64,000 nucleotides of DNA, taken from assembly GCA_026991575.1 (NCBI GenBank), contig JALXBF010000105.1, positions 62,001 to 126,000 on the forward strand, in the 5' to 3' direction. Made by a program: the position numbers and the translations under genes. Shown piece after piece: positions 1 through 9,236 of this stretch. Within the stretch, counting starts at the first letter, position 1; every line of letters starts with the position of its first letter. The DNA comes from Planctomycetota bacterium. Its GTDB lineage: Bacteria > Planctomycetota > Planctomycetia > JALXBF01. The notes under the pieces were generated by a model. The model searched no databases. It was not told the DNA's origin and worked only from the letters and a program-made list of their open reading frames with translations.

Positions 1-812
1 TCGATGTCTGTACCGACAGCGCCGGCCAACTCTACGTCAGCGACAGCCGGCTGCATGCGGTCTGGATCCTAACCCAAGACGGCTACAAGCTCCTCTATCG
101 TGGCAGCGACCGGTACCGCACGCCCCTCTATCGCGCCTGGGACATCGCGCCGTTGGGCGAGGATGGCTTCGTGGTCTCCGATCCAGGCACGATGGACGTC
201 TGGCTGTTGCGTAAGGACGGCAGCATAAAGCCATTCACGGCTCGACTGATCCGGCCTGAGGAGGACAAGCAGTTGCCGGTGCGCGAGCAGCGGTTCGCGG
301 GTCTGTTTGACAAGCCGATGGCGTTGGCGGTAGCCGACGACGGCACCGTCTACGTCGCCGACCTCGGCCTGAACGGTGTTTACAGACTGAGCAAACCGGG
401 CACCGAACCCGAGCAGATCGGCACCGTGCCGGCGCCGCGCGGCATCGTGATCGATCGCGACGGTTCGCTGGTGATCGTTTCGCACGGCAAGCAGCAGCTC
501 GTGCGTCTCAGTGCCGACGGCAAGCTCAGCCCGATTGTCGACGGATTCATCGCCCCGTCTGATGTTGTCTCCTTCCCGCACCAGGTGGTGCTCTGGGGCG
601 AGGACGGCTACCTAGTCAGCGACGGGTACGCCCGTACTCTGTGGCACATCGATGCAAAAGGCAACGTGAAGCCGCTGGTGCAAGGCGATCCGCTGCGCAA
701 CCCGGTTGGCCTGTGGCGCTCCCCTGACGGTACCGTCTACCTGGCAGATCCCCATGCCCGCAAGATCTACCGGGTAGAATCCGACGGCAAACTACAGATT
801 GCGGGAGCGTAA
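1..812 (+). CDS. NHL/SMP-30-like beta-propeller repeat protein (5' truncated by window edge)
   Basis: Frame is open from nt 3 (DVCTDSAGQLYVSDS...). Repeated blades of the form P.x.a.x.DG.vYvAD (KPMALAVADDGTVYVAD, NPVGLWRSPDGTVYLAD). Confidence 0.8.
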   Translation, partial: DVCTDSAGQLYVSDSRLHAVWILTQDGYKLLYRGSDRYRTPLYRAWDIAPLGEDGFVVSDPGTMDVWLLRKDGSIKPFTARLIRPEEDKQLPVREQRFAGLFDKPMALAVADDGTVYVADLGLNGVYRLSKPGTEPEQIGTVPAPRGIVIDRDGSLVIVSHGKQQLVRLSADGKLSPIVDGFIAPSDVVSFPHQVVLWGEDGYLVSDGYARTLWHIDAKGNVKPLVQGDPLRNPVGLWRSPDGTVYLADPHARKIYRVESDGKLQIAGA

Positions 813-818
813 CCGGTC

Positions 819-2015
819 ATGAGCCACTGGTGGCGGTTCTCCGGCCCGGGCGAGCTGATCTTCGGCTGCGGGTGCTTGAGTGAACTGGGTGAGTTGATCG
901 AGCGGCACCACTGGTCGTACGTTCTGGTGGTAAGCGATCGGAAGTTGGCAGAGGTGGGCATCACGGACCGGGTGGTTGCCGCCTGTCGCCCCGCCCACCG
1001 GGTGGACGTGTTCGATCGAGGCCGGCCGGAGCCACCGATCAGTCTGGCAACCGAACTGGCCGATCTGGTCGCGGTCGAGCAGCCGGATGTGCTCATCGGT
1101 GTCGGCGGCGGCAGCAACATCGATCTGGCCAAGAGTGCCGCGTTGCTTGCGCGGTACGGCGCTCCGATCGACAACTACCTCGGTGACAGCAAGGTGCCCG
1201 GTCCCATCTTGCCGGTGATCGGGGTGCCGACGACGGCCGGCACAGGCAGCGAGGTGTCCTGCGCGGCCGTGCTCACCGACGAAGCCAAGCGGATGAAAGT
1301 GGCGATCCTCAGCCGCTACCTGCGGCCCGTGGCCGCCGTCGTTGACCCGGAGCTGACGCGCAGCTGCCCGCCGCGAGTCACCGGTGATGCTGGCATCGAC
1401 GCCCTGGCGCACGCCATCGAAGCCTACACGGCCATCGATTACCGCGACTTCACGCCCGAAGAACCCACCGTCTACCAGGGTGCGTTTCCGATGACAGATC
1501 TGCTGGCCGAGAAGGCCATCGAGCTCATCGGCCGGTACCTAGTACGGGCCTACCAGAACGGCGACGACATGGAAGCGCGCGAAGGGATGGCCCTGGCTGC
1601 GACGCTTGCCGGGTTAGCGTTCTCAAATGCATGCGTTGGTATCGTGCATGCGATGGAGTATCCGGTCGGCGGTGCCGTGCACTGCTCGCATGGCTGCGGC
1701 AACGGCATCCTGCTGCCGCATGCGATGCGGTTCAACCTGGAGGCCCGTCGCGAACGGTTTGCCAGAATCGCCCACCTGCTCGGTGCTGCCGGTCCAGACA
1801 CACCCGTTAACGAGGCTGCCGAAGCGGCGATCGCCGCGGTCGAAAAGCTGCGCGATGCCGTGGGCATTCCGGCTCGGTTGCGCGAGGTGGGCGTGAAGCG
1901 CGAACAGTTAAACGAGTTTGCGGTCAAAGCGTACGCCATCCAGCGCGTCATCCGGCTGAATCCCCGCCCGGTACGCGGCCAAGACCTGTTGGCCATCTAC
2001 CAGGCCGCCTACTAG
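819..2015 (+). CDS. Iron-containing alcohol dehydrogenase family protein
   Basis: GVGGGSNID, PTTAGTGSE, GIDALAHAIEAY, and His ligands in VHAMEY and HCSHG. Confidence 0.92.
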   Translation: MSHWWRFSGPGELIFGCGCLSELGELIERHHWSYVLVVSDRKLAEVGITDRVVAACRPAHRVDVFDRGRPEPPISLATELADLVAVEQPDVLIGVGGGSNIDLAKSAALLARYGAPIDNYLGDSKVPGPILPVIGVPTTAGTGSEVSCAAVLTDEAKRMKVAILSRYLRPVAAVVDPELTRSCPPRVTGDAGIDALAHAIEAYTAIDYRDFTPEEPTVYQGAFPMTDLLAEKAIELIGRYLVRAYQNGDDMEAREGMALAATLAGLAFSNACVGIVHAMEYPVGGAVHCSHGCGNGILLPHAMRFNLEARRERFARIAHLLGAAGPDTPVNEAAEAAIAAVEKLRDAVGIPARLREVGVKREQLNEFAVKAYAIQRVIRLNPRPVRGQDLLAIYQAAY

Positions 2016-2051
2016 CAGCCCCCCCGACAAGAGCAGCAGCAGCAGCAGGAG

Positions 2052-2561
2052 GTGACCGTGCAGCTTCTGTACTACGTCAGCATCTGGCTGCACCTGGTGG
2101 CCGCGACCACATGGATCGGCTCGATGATCTTCTTTGGCGCGGTGATCGTACCGGTGCTGAGGCGCTCGGAGTTTGAGCCGGTCCGCGCCGCGCTGATGGC
2201 CGCCATTGGCTACCAGTTTCGCCGTGCTGGCTGGATCTCGGTCGCCGTGCTCATCGTCACCGGCCTTGTTAATCTCGTCGGCCGCGACGTTGCCGGCGAG
2301 CTTCACACGGCAGCGTTCTGGCACAGCCGATGGGGGGCGGTGCTGGGGGCCAAGCTCGTGCTACTGGCGCTGACGATTGCAGTCAGCCTGTATCATGACC
2401 TCGTGCTCGGTCCCACCGTGACCACGCTGCTGCAACAGGACCCCGAAGCGCCCCAGCTGCAGCGGCTGCGTCGTGCAGCCAGCTACCTGGGCCGCTTCAG
2501 CCTCGTGCTGTCGCTTGCTATCCTCGCGCTGGCTGTGCATCTGGCCCGTACGGAGCCGTGA
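2052..2561 (+). CDS. Four-TM membrane protein, CopD/DUF4149-like
   Basis: Four hydrophobic segments; WLHLVAATTWIGS...F start; KLVL motif; His in TM3 (YHD); AGGAGG immediately upstream. Confidence 0.7.
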   Translation: MTVQLLYYVSIWLHLVAATTWIGSMIFFGAVIVPVLRRSEFEPVRAALMAAIGYQFRRAGWISVAVLIVTGLVNLVGRDVAGELHTAAFWHSRWGAVLGAKLVLLALTIAVSLYHDLVLGPTVTTLLQQDPEAPQLQRLRRAASYLGRFSLVLSLAILALAVHLARTEP

Positions 2562-2564
2562 GCC

Positions 2565-3788
2565 GTGCACCGCTTCCGCGCCGACTGCATCATCGTTTCT
2601 GCCGACCGGTTTATCCGCGGGGGGACGCTGGTGGTTGACGACGGCCTGGTGCGCGACGTCGTCCACACACACCAGGCCACCGTAGACCGCGAATTCAGGG
2701 GCTGTATCATTGCCCCCGGCCTGGTCAACGCCCACTGCCATCTGGACCTGTCGCTCTTTCCCCCCGCGGCGCGCGTGAACCACCGTGGTGACTTCTTCGC
2801 GTGGCTTCGTGAAGTCATCGCCTACCGTCGCCGCGCTTCGCTCGATGAGCTCACCGAGGCGGTCCGTGCCGGGGTGAACGAGTGCTTGCGGTACGGGGTC
2901 GTGGCCGTCGGCGATGTCACAACTTTAGGACTCCCACCGGCCAGCTGGCACCCACTCCGTGGCGTGCTCTTCGGCGAGCTGCTGGGCACAACGGCTGCGC
3001 GCATCGAGGAGGTCAAACGCCGGGCACGTTGCTGGCTGGAAGCGGCCACCGCTGCGGCGAACCGCCGGCGCCATGACCGCCACATCAGCCTCTCGCCCCA
3101 CGCTCCATACAGCACGGCCACCGAGCTGTACCGCTGGGCAGCGCGGCAGTGCCCCACCGAACCGCTCACCACTCACCTGCTCGAACTGCCCGACGAGGCG
3201 GAGCTGCTGATCGATCCCCCCTCCACGCATAACTCTCTCGTCACCCTGCTCCAGCACTACGGCGCCTGGCATCCGGAACAGCTCTGGACGCTGCCGGCGC
3301 TGTTCCGTTTCCTGGCCGAAACGCCATCACGCTGGATCGCTGCCCACGCGAACTATGTCCAACCGGCTCAGTTGCGGCCACTGGCGGAACGGATCTGCGT
3401 CGCCTACTGCCCGCGCACGCATGCAGCTTTCGGACACGTGCGCCATCCATGCCGGGCATTGCTGGATGCGGGCATTGCCGTCGCCATCGCCACGGACAGC
3501 AAGGCGTCGGCTCCCAACCTGTCGCTGTTGGTCGAAGCACAGACGGCCCTGGTGCGCGACCGACTCGAACCGACCGCAGTCTTCCGCATGATCACACAGG
3601 TGCCGGCCGCGGCACTGGGCCTAAAACGCAGCGGGACGCTCGCACCCGGCGCCCACGCAGACTTCATCGTCGTTCAGCCTCCGGGCCCGATCGAGGACCC
3701 GATCCGCAGCCTACTGGAACCAGCCTCCCGAATCCTCGCTACGTTCATCGCAGGGCAGGCCGTCTACGACCTGGAAGCCGGCACATGA
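2565..3788 (+). CDS. Metal-dependent amidohydrolase (deaminase-like; possible aminodeoxyfutalosine deaminase)
   Basis: PGLVNAHCHLD, SPHAPYS, THLLE, AHAN, ATDS, G.LAPG..ADF. Confidence 0.85.
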   Translation: MHRFRADCIIVSADRFIRGGTLVVDDGLVRDVVHTHQATVDREFRGCIIAPGLVNAHCHLDLSLFPPAARVNHRGDFFAWLREVIAYRRRASLDELTEAVRAGVNECLRYGVVAVGDVTTLGLPPASWHPLRGVLFGELLGTTAARIEEVKRRARCWLEAATAAANRRRHDRHISLSPHAPYSTATELYRWAARQCPTEPLTTHLLELPDEAELLIDPPSTHNSLVTLLQHYGAWHPEQLWTLPALFRFLAETPSRWIAAHANYVQPAQLRPLAERICVAYCPRTHAAFGHVRHPCRALLDAGIAVAIATDSKASAPNLSLLVEAQTALVRDRLEPTAVFRMITQVPAAALGLKRSGTLAPGAHADFIVVQPPGPIEDPIRSLLEPASRILATFIAGQAVYDLEAGT

Positions 3789-3936
3789 GCCCCGCCGGAA
3801 CCTCGCAACGGTTGAACTCACCCCCGAGAAGCTGGTACGATACTCACCCTGCCCAATCGGAAGTAAGCACGTGTGGATGCGTTTGGCCCGCCGTGGCCGT
3901 GGGGTTTCCGGGCGCAGTAACAGAAAGGAGGTGGTG

Positions 3937-4356
3937 ATGCGTCGTGTTGTTCTAGCTGGTGTCGGGATGCTTTCCGTCGCCGCGCTGGTCGGACTTGGTG
4001 CAACGCTGGCCAAGCCCGTGGCCGATGAGCGGGTTGCGAGCGTGGAGCATCTGATGGAGGGTATCTCCAAGCCGCACTGTAGCGCGCTGGGCAAACTGCT
4101 GAAAGCCGGCCCCAGCAGCGAACGGGACTGGAAACACGTCAAGTTGCATGCGGCGCTGCTGAACGAGCTGAGCTACATGTTGCTGCAAGATGGCCGCTGC
4201 CCCGATGCGACGTGGGCGAAGGCCGCTCAGCAGCTGCGTAGCGCTTCTGCCGAGGTCTTCAAAGCAGCCAGCTCTCAGGACACATCCACAGCCCGGGCAG
4301 CCTTCAAGAAGGTCACCGCTTCGTGTGCCACCTGCCACAAGGTGCATCGCAAGTAA
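3937..4356 (+). CDS. Secreted class II (cytochrome c'-like) c-type cytochrome
   Basis: Signal peptide (MRRVVLAGVGMLSVAALVG...), helical body, C-terminal CATCH heme motif, AAGGAGG RBS. Confidence 0.85.
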   Translation: MRRVVLAGVGMLSVAALVGLGATLAKPVADERVASVEHLMEGISKPHCSALGKLLKAGPSSERDWKHVKLHAALLNELSYMLLQDGRCPDATWAKAAQQLRSASAEVFKAASSQDTSTARAAFKKVTASCATCHKVHRK

Positions 4357-4390
4357 CCAGCCCACGGCAGAAAGAGCGGTAGGAACGGAG

Positions 4391-4424
4391 CAGCGGGAGC
4401 CGACGGTGTACGCGGCTCCCGCTG
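4391..4424. terminator. GC-rich hairpin between convergent genes (probable terminator)
   Basis: Perfect 12-bp inverted repeat CAGCGGGAGCCG / CGGCTCCCGCTG with a 10-nt loop; no clear U tract. Confidence 0.5.
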
Positions 4425-4516
4425 GTGTCTTCGTCAAGAACTGCGTAGCAGGTCGATACGGCTCCGGATCCGGCGCTGGCCTTTCCGTCCGCGTTGGGCC
4501 GGGAGACCTTGGAAGC

Positions 4517-5635
4517 TCAGCTGACGGCGGCCGTGACGGCCTGCTGCGGCGGCCGGTCGATCAACTCGTAGAACACGTTCCGCTGACGAGGCTCGTAGCC
4601 GGCTTCACGGATCGCCTCCTTGATCTCCTCCAGCGTCAGGTGATACACGGTGCCAGCGGAGGCGACGACGTTCTCTTCGATCATTAGGCTGCCCATGTCG
4701 TTGGCGCCGAAGAACAGCGCCATCTGACCGATCTGGCGCCCCTGCGTTACCCAGGAACTTTGCATGTTGGCGATGTTATCCAGGAACAGCCGCGACACAG
4801 CGAGCATGCGCAGGTACTCGAAGGAACCAACGGTAGGAACGTGCCCCATGCGGAAGTAGGGGCTGTTCTCATCGCCTTTGGACTTCTGGAAGGTCCAGCA
4901 GATGAACGCTGTGAAGCCTCCGGTCTCGTCCTGCAGATCCCGGATCCGTTGCAGGTGCTCGACCCGATCCTCCAAGGTCTCGACGTGGCCGAACATCATC
5001 GTGGCCGTGCTCCGTCCGCCCAGCTCGTGCCACGTGCGCATTACCTCAAGCCACTGGTCCGTCATGCACTTGCCCCGGGTGATCTGCTTGCGTACCCGAT
5101 CCACGAGGATCTCGGCACCACCGCCGGGCAACGAACCCAGCCCGGCCTCCTTCAGTCGCTGAAGCACCTCGCGTAGCGGCAGCTTGGAGATCCGATGGAA
5201 GTGCCAGATTTCCGGGGGGCTGAAGCCGTGGATATTTAGCTGCGGGTAGCGCGCTTTCAGATCCCGCAACAGATCCTCGTACCACTCCAGCGGCAGCGTC
5301 GGATGGAGGCCTCCTTGCAGCAGGATCTGGTCGCCGCCCAGAGCAAGGGTCTCGTCGATCTTGCGGTACAGCTCCTCCCGTTCCAGCAGGTAGGCGTCCG
5401 GGTCGCGCCGCTTACGGAAGAACGCGCAGAAATCGCACTCGGCGGCGCAGATGTTGGAGTAGTTGATGTTACGATCGATGTTGTACGTGCGGTAAGGCTC
5501 CGGGTGGAGCCGGCGGCATACCTCATCGGCCGCGCGTCCCAAGGCGTGCAGGTCCGGACAGCGCAGCAGTTCGAGCGCTTCGTCTGCTGAGATCCGCTCG
5601 CCGTCAACCGACTTCCGCAAGATTCGCTCGATCAT
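4517..5635 (-). CDS. mqnC: Cyclic dehypoxanthinyl futalosine synthase (radical SAM)
   Basis: DRNINYSNICAAECDFCAF (CxxxCxxC), SLPGGGAEIL, QSSWVTQG, GANDMGSLMIEENVV; adjacent to mqnA. Start placed at MIERILRK. Confidence 0.92.
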   Translation of the reverse strand: MIERILRKSVDGERISADEALELLRCPDLHALGRAADEVCRRLHPEPYRTYNIDRNINYSNICAAECDFCAFFRKRRDPDAYLLEREELYRKIDETLALGGDQILLQGGLHPTLPLEWYEDLLRDLKARYPQLNIHGFSPPEIWHFHRISKLPLREVLQRLKEAGLGSLPGGGAEILVDRVRKQITRGKCMTDQWLEVMRTWHELGGRSTATMMFGHVETLEDRVEHLQRIRDLQDETGGFTAFICWTFQKSKGDENSPYFRMGHVPTVGSFEYLRMLAVSRLFLDNIANMQSSWVTQGRQIGQMALFFGANDMGSLMIEENVVASAGTVYHLTLEEIKEAIREAGYEPRQRNVFYELIDRPPQQAVTAAVS

Positions 5636-6431
5636 AGAACCTAAGCTCCGCGGCATGCTCCAGCAGGCCCAGTTCAGCCGCCCATTGCGCAAAGAGGCAG
5701 AGGCCTTCGAGTTCTGCGTCGCCAAGGTCGTAGCAAATGTTCCGTGTCAGGTAGCTCAGGCAGTCCTCATAGGCCAGCCCCAGCTCGCAAGCGGCCGCAC
5801 GGGCAATCATGCTGGCATTGGCCAACCCCTGTTCCTTCGCCCGATAGAACGCCTGCTCGCTTTCGCCCAGGTCCACGTCGGGGGCCACGGCCCAGAGGGC
5901 AAAGACAAACGGCAGCCCCGTCAGCTCAAGCCACGCCTCCGCAAGGTCGACTTCGTGGGCGAACACACCCGGGGGAGCAGGCAACATGCCACGATCCCCG
6001 ATGGCCAACACGGCGTCGGTTGCCGTGGCCTCGGGCGGCCGCCCCAGTGGCAACGGCTCGACCCGGGGCCTGATCCCATAAAGCTTCTTCAACCACACCT
6101 GGACCAACGCCGCGCTGGTGCGGGACCCTTCGTCCAGAGCTAGCGTTCGGATTGACGGAAGGGGCACTCTGCTGTAGAGCTTGACGCTCCGCACCGGGCC
6201 GCGGGCGGCAATCGCAATGCCGGGCAGAATGCGGTAGTCGGAGCCGCGGAAGTACTCCACCGAAGGGATCAGCGCCACGTCCAGCGTACCGCCGCTGAGC
6301 CCGTCGGCCAGTCGACTGGGCACGTCGAGCAGCAGCTGAGCTTGGGGGGCCAGCTCCTGGAGCCGGTAGATCAAAGGCCGTGCATTCAGGTAGCGGACCG
6401 CACCGATCCGCAGCAGACGCGTCTGGTTCAT
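5604..6431 (-). CDS. mqnA: Chorismate dehydratase (futalosine menaquinone pathway)
   Basis: RIGAVRYLNARPL, GPVRSV, SRTS, LAIGDRG, LTGLPFVFALW. Confidence 0.92.
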   Translation of the reverse strand: MNQTRLLRIGAVRYLNARPLIYRLQELAPQAQLLLDVPSRLADGLSGGTLDVALIPSVEYFRGSDYRILPGIAIAARGPVRSVKLYSRVPLPSIRTLALDEGSRTSAALVQVWLKKLYGIRPRVEPLPLGRPPEATATDAVLAIGDRGMLPAPPGVFAHEVDLAEAWLELTGLPFVFALWAVAPDVDLGESEQAFYRAKEQGLANASMIARAAACELGLAYEDCLSYLTRNICYDLGDAELEGLCLFAQWAAELGLLEHAAELRFYDRANLAEVG

Positions 6432-6520
6432 GCCACCACCTGGCCAGGACTCGGCCGAACCGATCCGCTTCGCACCAGAAAAGGTTTGTCATTATAACCG
6501 GACAGCCTCTGGCGTGCGGC

Positions 6521-7327
6521 CTAGCGAACCGACTCGGCGCGGATCAACACCAGCATCTGACGCGGTGGCGTGCTGTTGCGGTCAACCAGGAACACTGCTC
6601 CGAGTTTCGACTCATCTTCTGGGTAGCAACCGATGAGCAGGTACTCGTCCGGTCGCAGTTGAACCGACCAGGTTACGTCGGCCAGTTTCTTCTCGTTAGG
6701 GGTGATCTCCAACGTCCACTGTCGCACGCCTCCCGGACCAAACTCCGGCACAAACCGCCGGCGCATGCTGCCGTACTGCACGGCCGGTGTCACGTACAGC
6801 TGCACCGAGCCATCGCTCTGGACGGTGGGCAAGACGCTGAAGAGGCACCGCGGCGCCTGAATCTGATCTGGTTCCGCGTCCAGGACTTCGGCCAGCGTTT
6901 CGGGGCATTCCTTGTAAGTGGCAACCATGACGGCCGTCGCCTTGCCGCTGACCGTGGAGAGCCGGTGGCCGTTCAGGATCCCCTCGGGCGTCTCACGCAG
7001 GATCATATCGATGGACTCGGGCGGTTGGCCGCTGAGGACGCCGACGCGAAAGCCGAGGGACCGAAGCCGCTCCTGAAGCTCAAGACTCAAGATCGCCTCG
7101 TCGGCCGTCTGCCAGGCGGCCTCGTTGATCGACCGGTCGCCAAGGGGACGCGACGCGAAGACGATCTCCAGCAGCACGCGAGGAGGACCGGCCGGCTGCT
7201 GCTCGTAAACCGCCGGCTTCACGACATGTGCCCGACCCGGCGGCTGCACAACGGAAGGCGTCAACGCGCGGCAACCGACGAGGGTCAGCAGGAGCAAACC
7301 GATCTGCGCCAGCCGACCGGACAACAT
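6521..7327 (-). CDS. Hypothetical lipoprotein with secretin-core-like motifs
   Basis: Lipobox LLLTLVGC; C-terminal beta-rich segments resemble a secretin domain (see findings). Confidence 0.6.
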   Translation of the reverse strand: MLSGRLAQIGLLLLTLVGCRALTPSVVQPPGRAHVVKPAVYEQQPAGPPRVLLEIVFASRPLGDRSINEAAWQTADEAILSLELQERLRSLGFRVGVLSGQPPESIDMILRETPEGILNGHRLSTVSGKATAVMVATYKECPETLAEVLDAEPDQIQAPRCLFSVLPTVQSDGSVQLYVTPAVQYGSMRRRFVPEFGPGGVRQWTLEITPNEKKLADVTWSVQLRPDEYLLIGCYPEDESKLGAVFLVDRNSTPPRQMLVLIRAESVR

Positions 7328-7404
7328 CGTTACCAGAGCCCTCCGTGGCAAGTCTCGACGTGCTGCTGTTCAGCGGGGGACAATACCGGCCGGCGGCAGG
7401 GCTG

Positions 7405-8811
7405 TCAAGGTGAGTCGTCTGCGGTATCGCTCGATATCCCGTCGCTGTCCGGCTCCGCAGCCAACCCCCATCGCAACGGCTCATCCTGCACGTAGCGCTT
7501 GCCCAGCCGCAAGGCGATCTCCGCCTTGCACAGCTCATAGCCGAGATAGAACGCATGCGCCGGGTCGATCGGCTCCTCGCTCAACAAGCGGCGAAAGAGC
7601 CGGAACGGATCGTCATCACGCCGATGTCCGGAGCGGTTGATCGCGTGCAACTTGCCTCCCGCTGCGAACAGGCGAAAGTTCTTGTCACGCACCCGAGCGG
7701 CGACGTCACGCAGGTAATCTTCATCCGGCTCAACACAATCCGGATCGCGCAGCATGACCAGCAGCGGTTCCAGGTGCTTGGGCAACGTCCTGTGCCGGAG
7801 TGCGTACCAAACCAGGCGGCGGGCCACGTCGAGCTCACGCACTGCCGTGCGGCACCAGTTGATGACGCTGGTGGTCAGGACAGTGCGGATGCCAAGCTCC
7901 TGACAGATTGCAGCCAACAGCACGTTCACCCCTGCCGAATCAACATCGGTCAGCTCGGTGACATTCCCGACCCCCATTAACAGCTCCGCCTGTGGCCACC
8001 GGCGCCGTGCTTCGGCGTAGCGGAGCAGCGACGCGGTGAACCCGAAGCCGATCGGCTCCAGGATCGGATCGATCCGGTATGGTACCCCCGCCTGCTCGAG
8101 CCGCTCGACGGTGCGCTCCAGGCTGCGCCAGTCGCCCGGATGGGCGGGAATCGCAACAACGGCACAGCCCCAATCCAGCGCATGTTCGACCGTGCCCTCA
8201 TGCACGCTCAGCACCAGCTCGGCCCCGGCACGAGCGCCTTCGGCAGCCTCCTCGGGGTCAAGCGTGTCTACCGACACGCGCAGCCCCAACTCACGCAGAC
8301 GCCGCACGCAATCGCCCACGCCCCGCCAGCGGTAACCGGGCTCACAGCCGACGTCGATAATGTCGGCGCCCTGGCGCCGCAGCGCCATCGCTTGCCGGCG
8401 AATCTGCGGCCAGCTCAGCCGAGGGCAGTGGTTGATCTCCGCGATGATCTCGATGTCGTAACCCCCGTAGTCCTTGGGCCGTCGATTCTGGCCCCCGAAG
8501 TAATCGGGCAGCTGCCAGATCTCCTTAGGGCCCTTCTGGGTTCGGACGCCAAACCGCTCGGCCACCACCTCGGTAGGGCCTCGACACAGTCCGGGCAGCA
8601 GGATCAAGTCGACCGGTCGCGGCAGCTTCAGGTGGCGCGCCACCCACTCGGTGGTCATCAGCGCCGCAACGGAGATCTTCAGCACGCAGATCTCCGCTTC
8701 AAAACCGTGCTGGCGCTCGAGCTCGGCGACCGTGCGGCGCAACAACGGCTCGGCCAGCTTGCCGGTCACGAACGCAATGCGTCGGGGCAGATTGGGCGGC
8801 CGCGTGCTCAT
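7405..8811 (-). CDS. DUF6513 / dihydropteroate-synthase-like protein (Orf20-type, H4MPT biosynthesis)
   Basis: FVTGKLAE, SVAALMT, GADIIDVGC, DPILEPIGFGF, GVGNVTELTDVDS, HAFYLGYEL.KA..AL.LGKRYVQDE. Confidence 0.88.
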   Translation of the reverse strand: MSTRPPNLPRRIAFVTGKLAEPLLRRTVAELERQHGFEAEICVLKISVAALMTTEWVARHLKLPRPVDLILLPGLCRGPTEVVAERFGVRTQKGPKEIWQLPDYFGGQNRRPKDYGGYDIEIIAEINHCPRLSWPQIRRQAMALRRQGADIIDVGCEPGYRWRGVGDCVRRLRELGLRVSVDTLDPEEAAEGARAGAELVLSVHEGTVEHALDWGCAVVAIPAHPGDWRSLERTVERLEQAGVPYRIDPILEPIGFGFTASLLRYAEARRRWPQAELLMGVGNVTELTDVDSAGVNVLLAAICQELGIRTVLTTSVINWCRTAVRELDVARRLVWYALRHRTLPKHLEPLLVMLRDPDCVEPDEDYLRDVAARVRDKNFRLFAAGGKLHAINRSGHRRDDDPFRLFRRLLSEEPIDPAHAFYLGYELCKAEIALRLGKRYVQDEPLRWGLAAEPDSDGISSDTADDSP

Positions 8812-8819
8812 CGCGGCGT

Positions 8820-9182
8820 CTAACGGTTCTCAGGCCGAACCCAGTTCTTGGGATAGCCCGGCAGGGCGCTGCCCTCTGGTGGGCGCCACAGGGCGATCTC
8901 TTCGATGCGCCGGGCAAGCTCAAAGTCTTTGTCCGTGATCCCGCGGGCCGAGTGGGTCTGGAGTTTGACGGTAAGCTTGGCGTAGCCTAGGGTCAGATCC
9001 GGATGGTGCCACGCGGCTTCCGCCACATAGCCGATGGCGTTAGCCAGAAGCAAAGTATGGGCAAAACCGGGTGTGATGTACGTGCGACGAAGCCAACCGT
9101 CACGGTATTCCCAGCCGGGCAGTTCTTGCGCGAGCCGTTCCCGCACCTCCGCTTCGCTGTAAACTCGTTCTTCACGTGCCAT
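8820..9182 (-). CDS. Pterin-4-alpha-carbinolamine dehydratase family protein (PcbD-like)
   Basis: LPGW, AEAAWHHPDL, L.THSARGITDKDFELA. Confidence 0.9.
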   Translation of the reverse strand: MAREERVYSEAEVRERLAQELPGWEYRDGWLRRTYITPGFAHTLLLANAIGYVAEAAWHHPDLTLGYAKLTVKLQTHSARGITDKDFELARRIEEIALWRPPEGSALPGYPKNWVRPENR

Positions 9183-9236
9183 GGCTCCGATCTCCGTCGC
9201 GCCCGAGTTCACCGTTTGGCAGACCACGTTCGGGGA

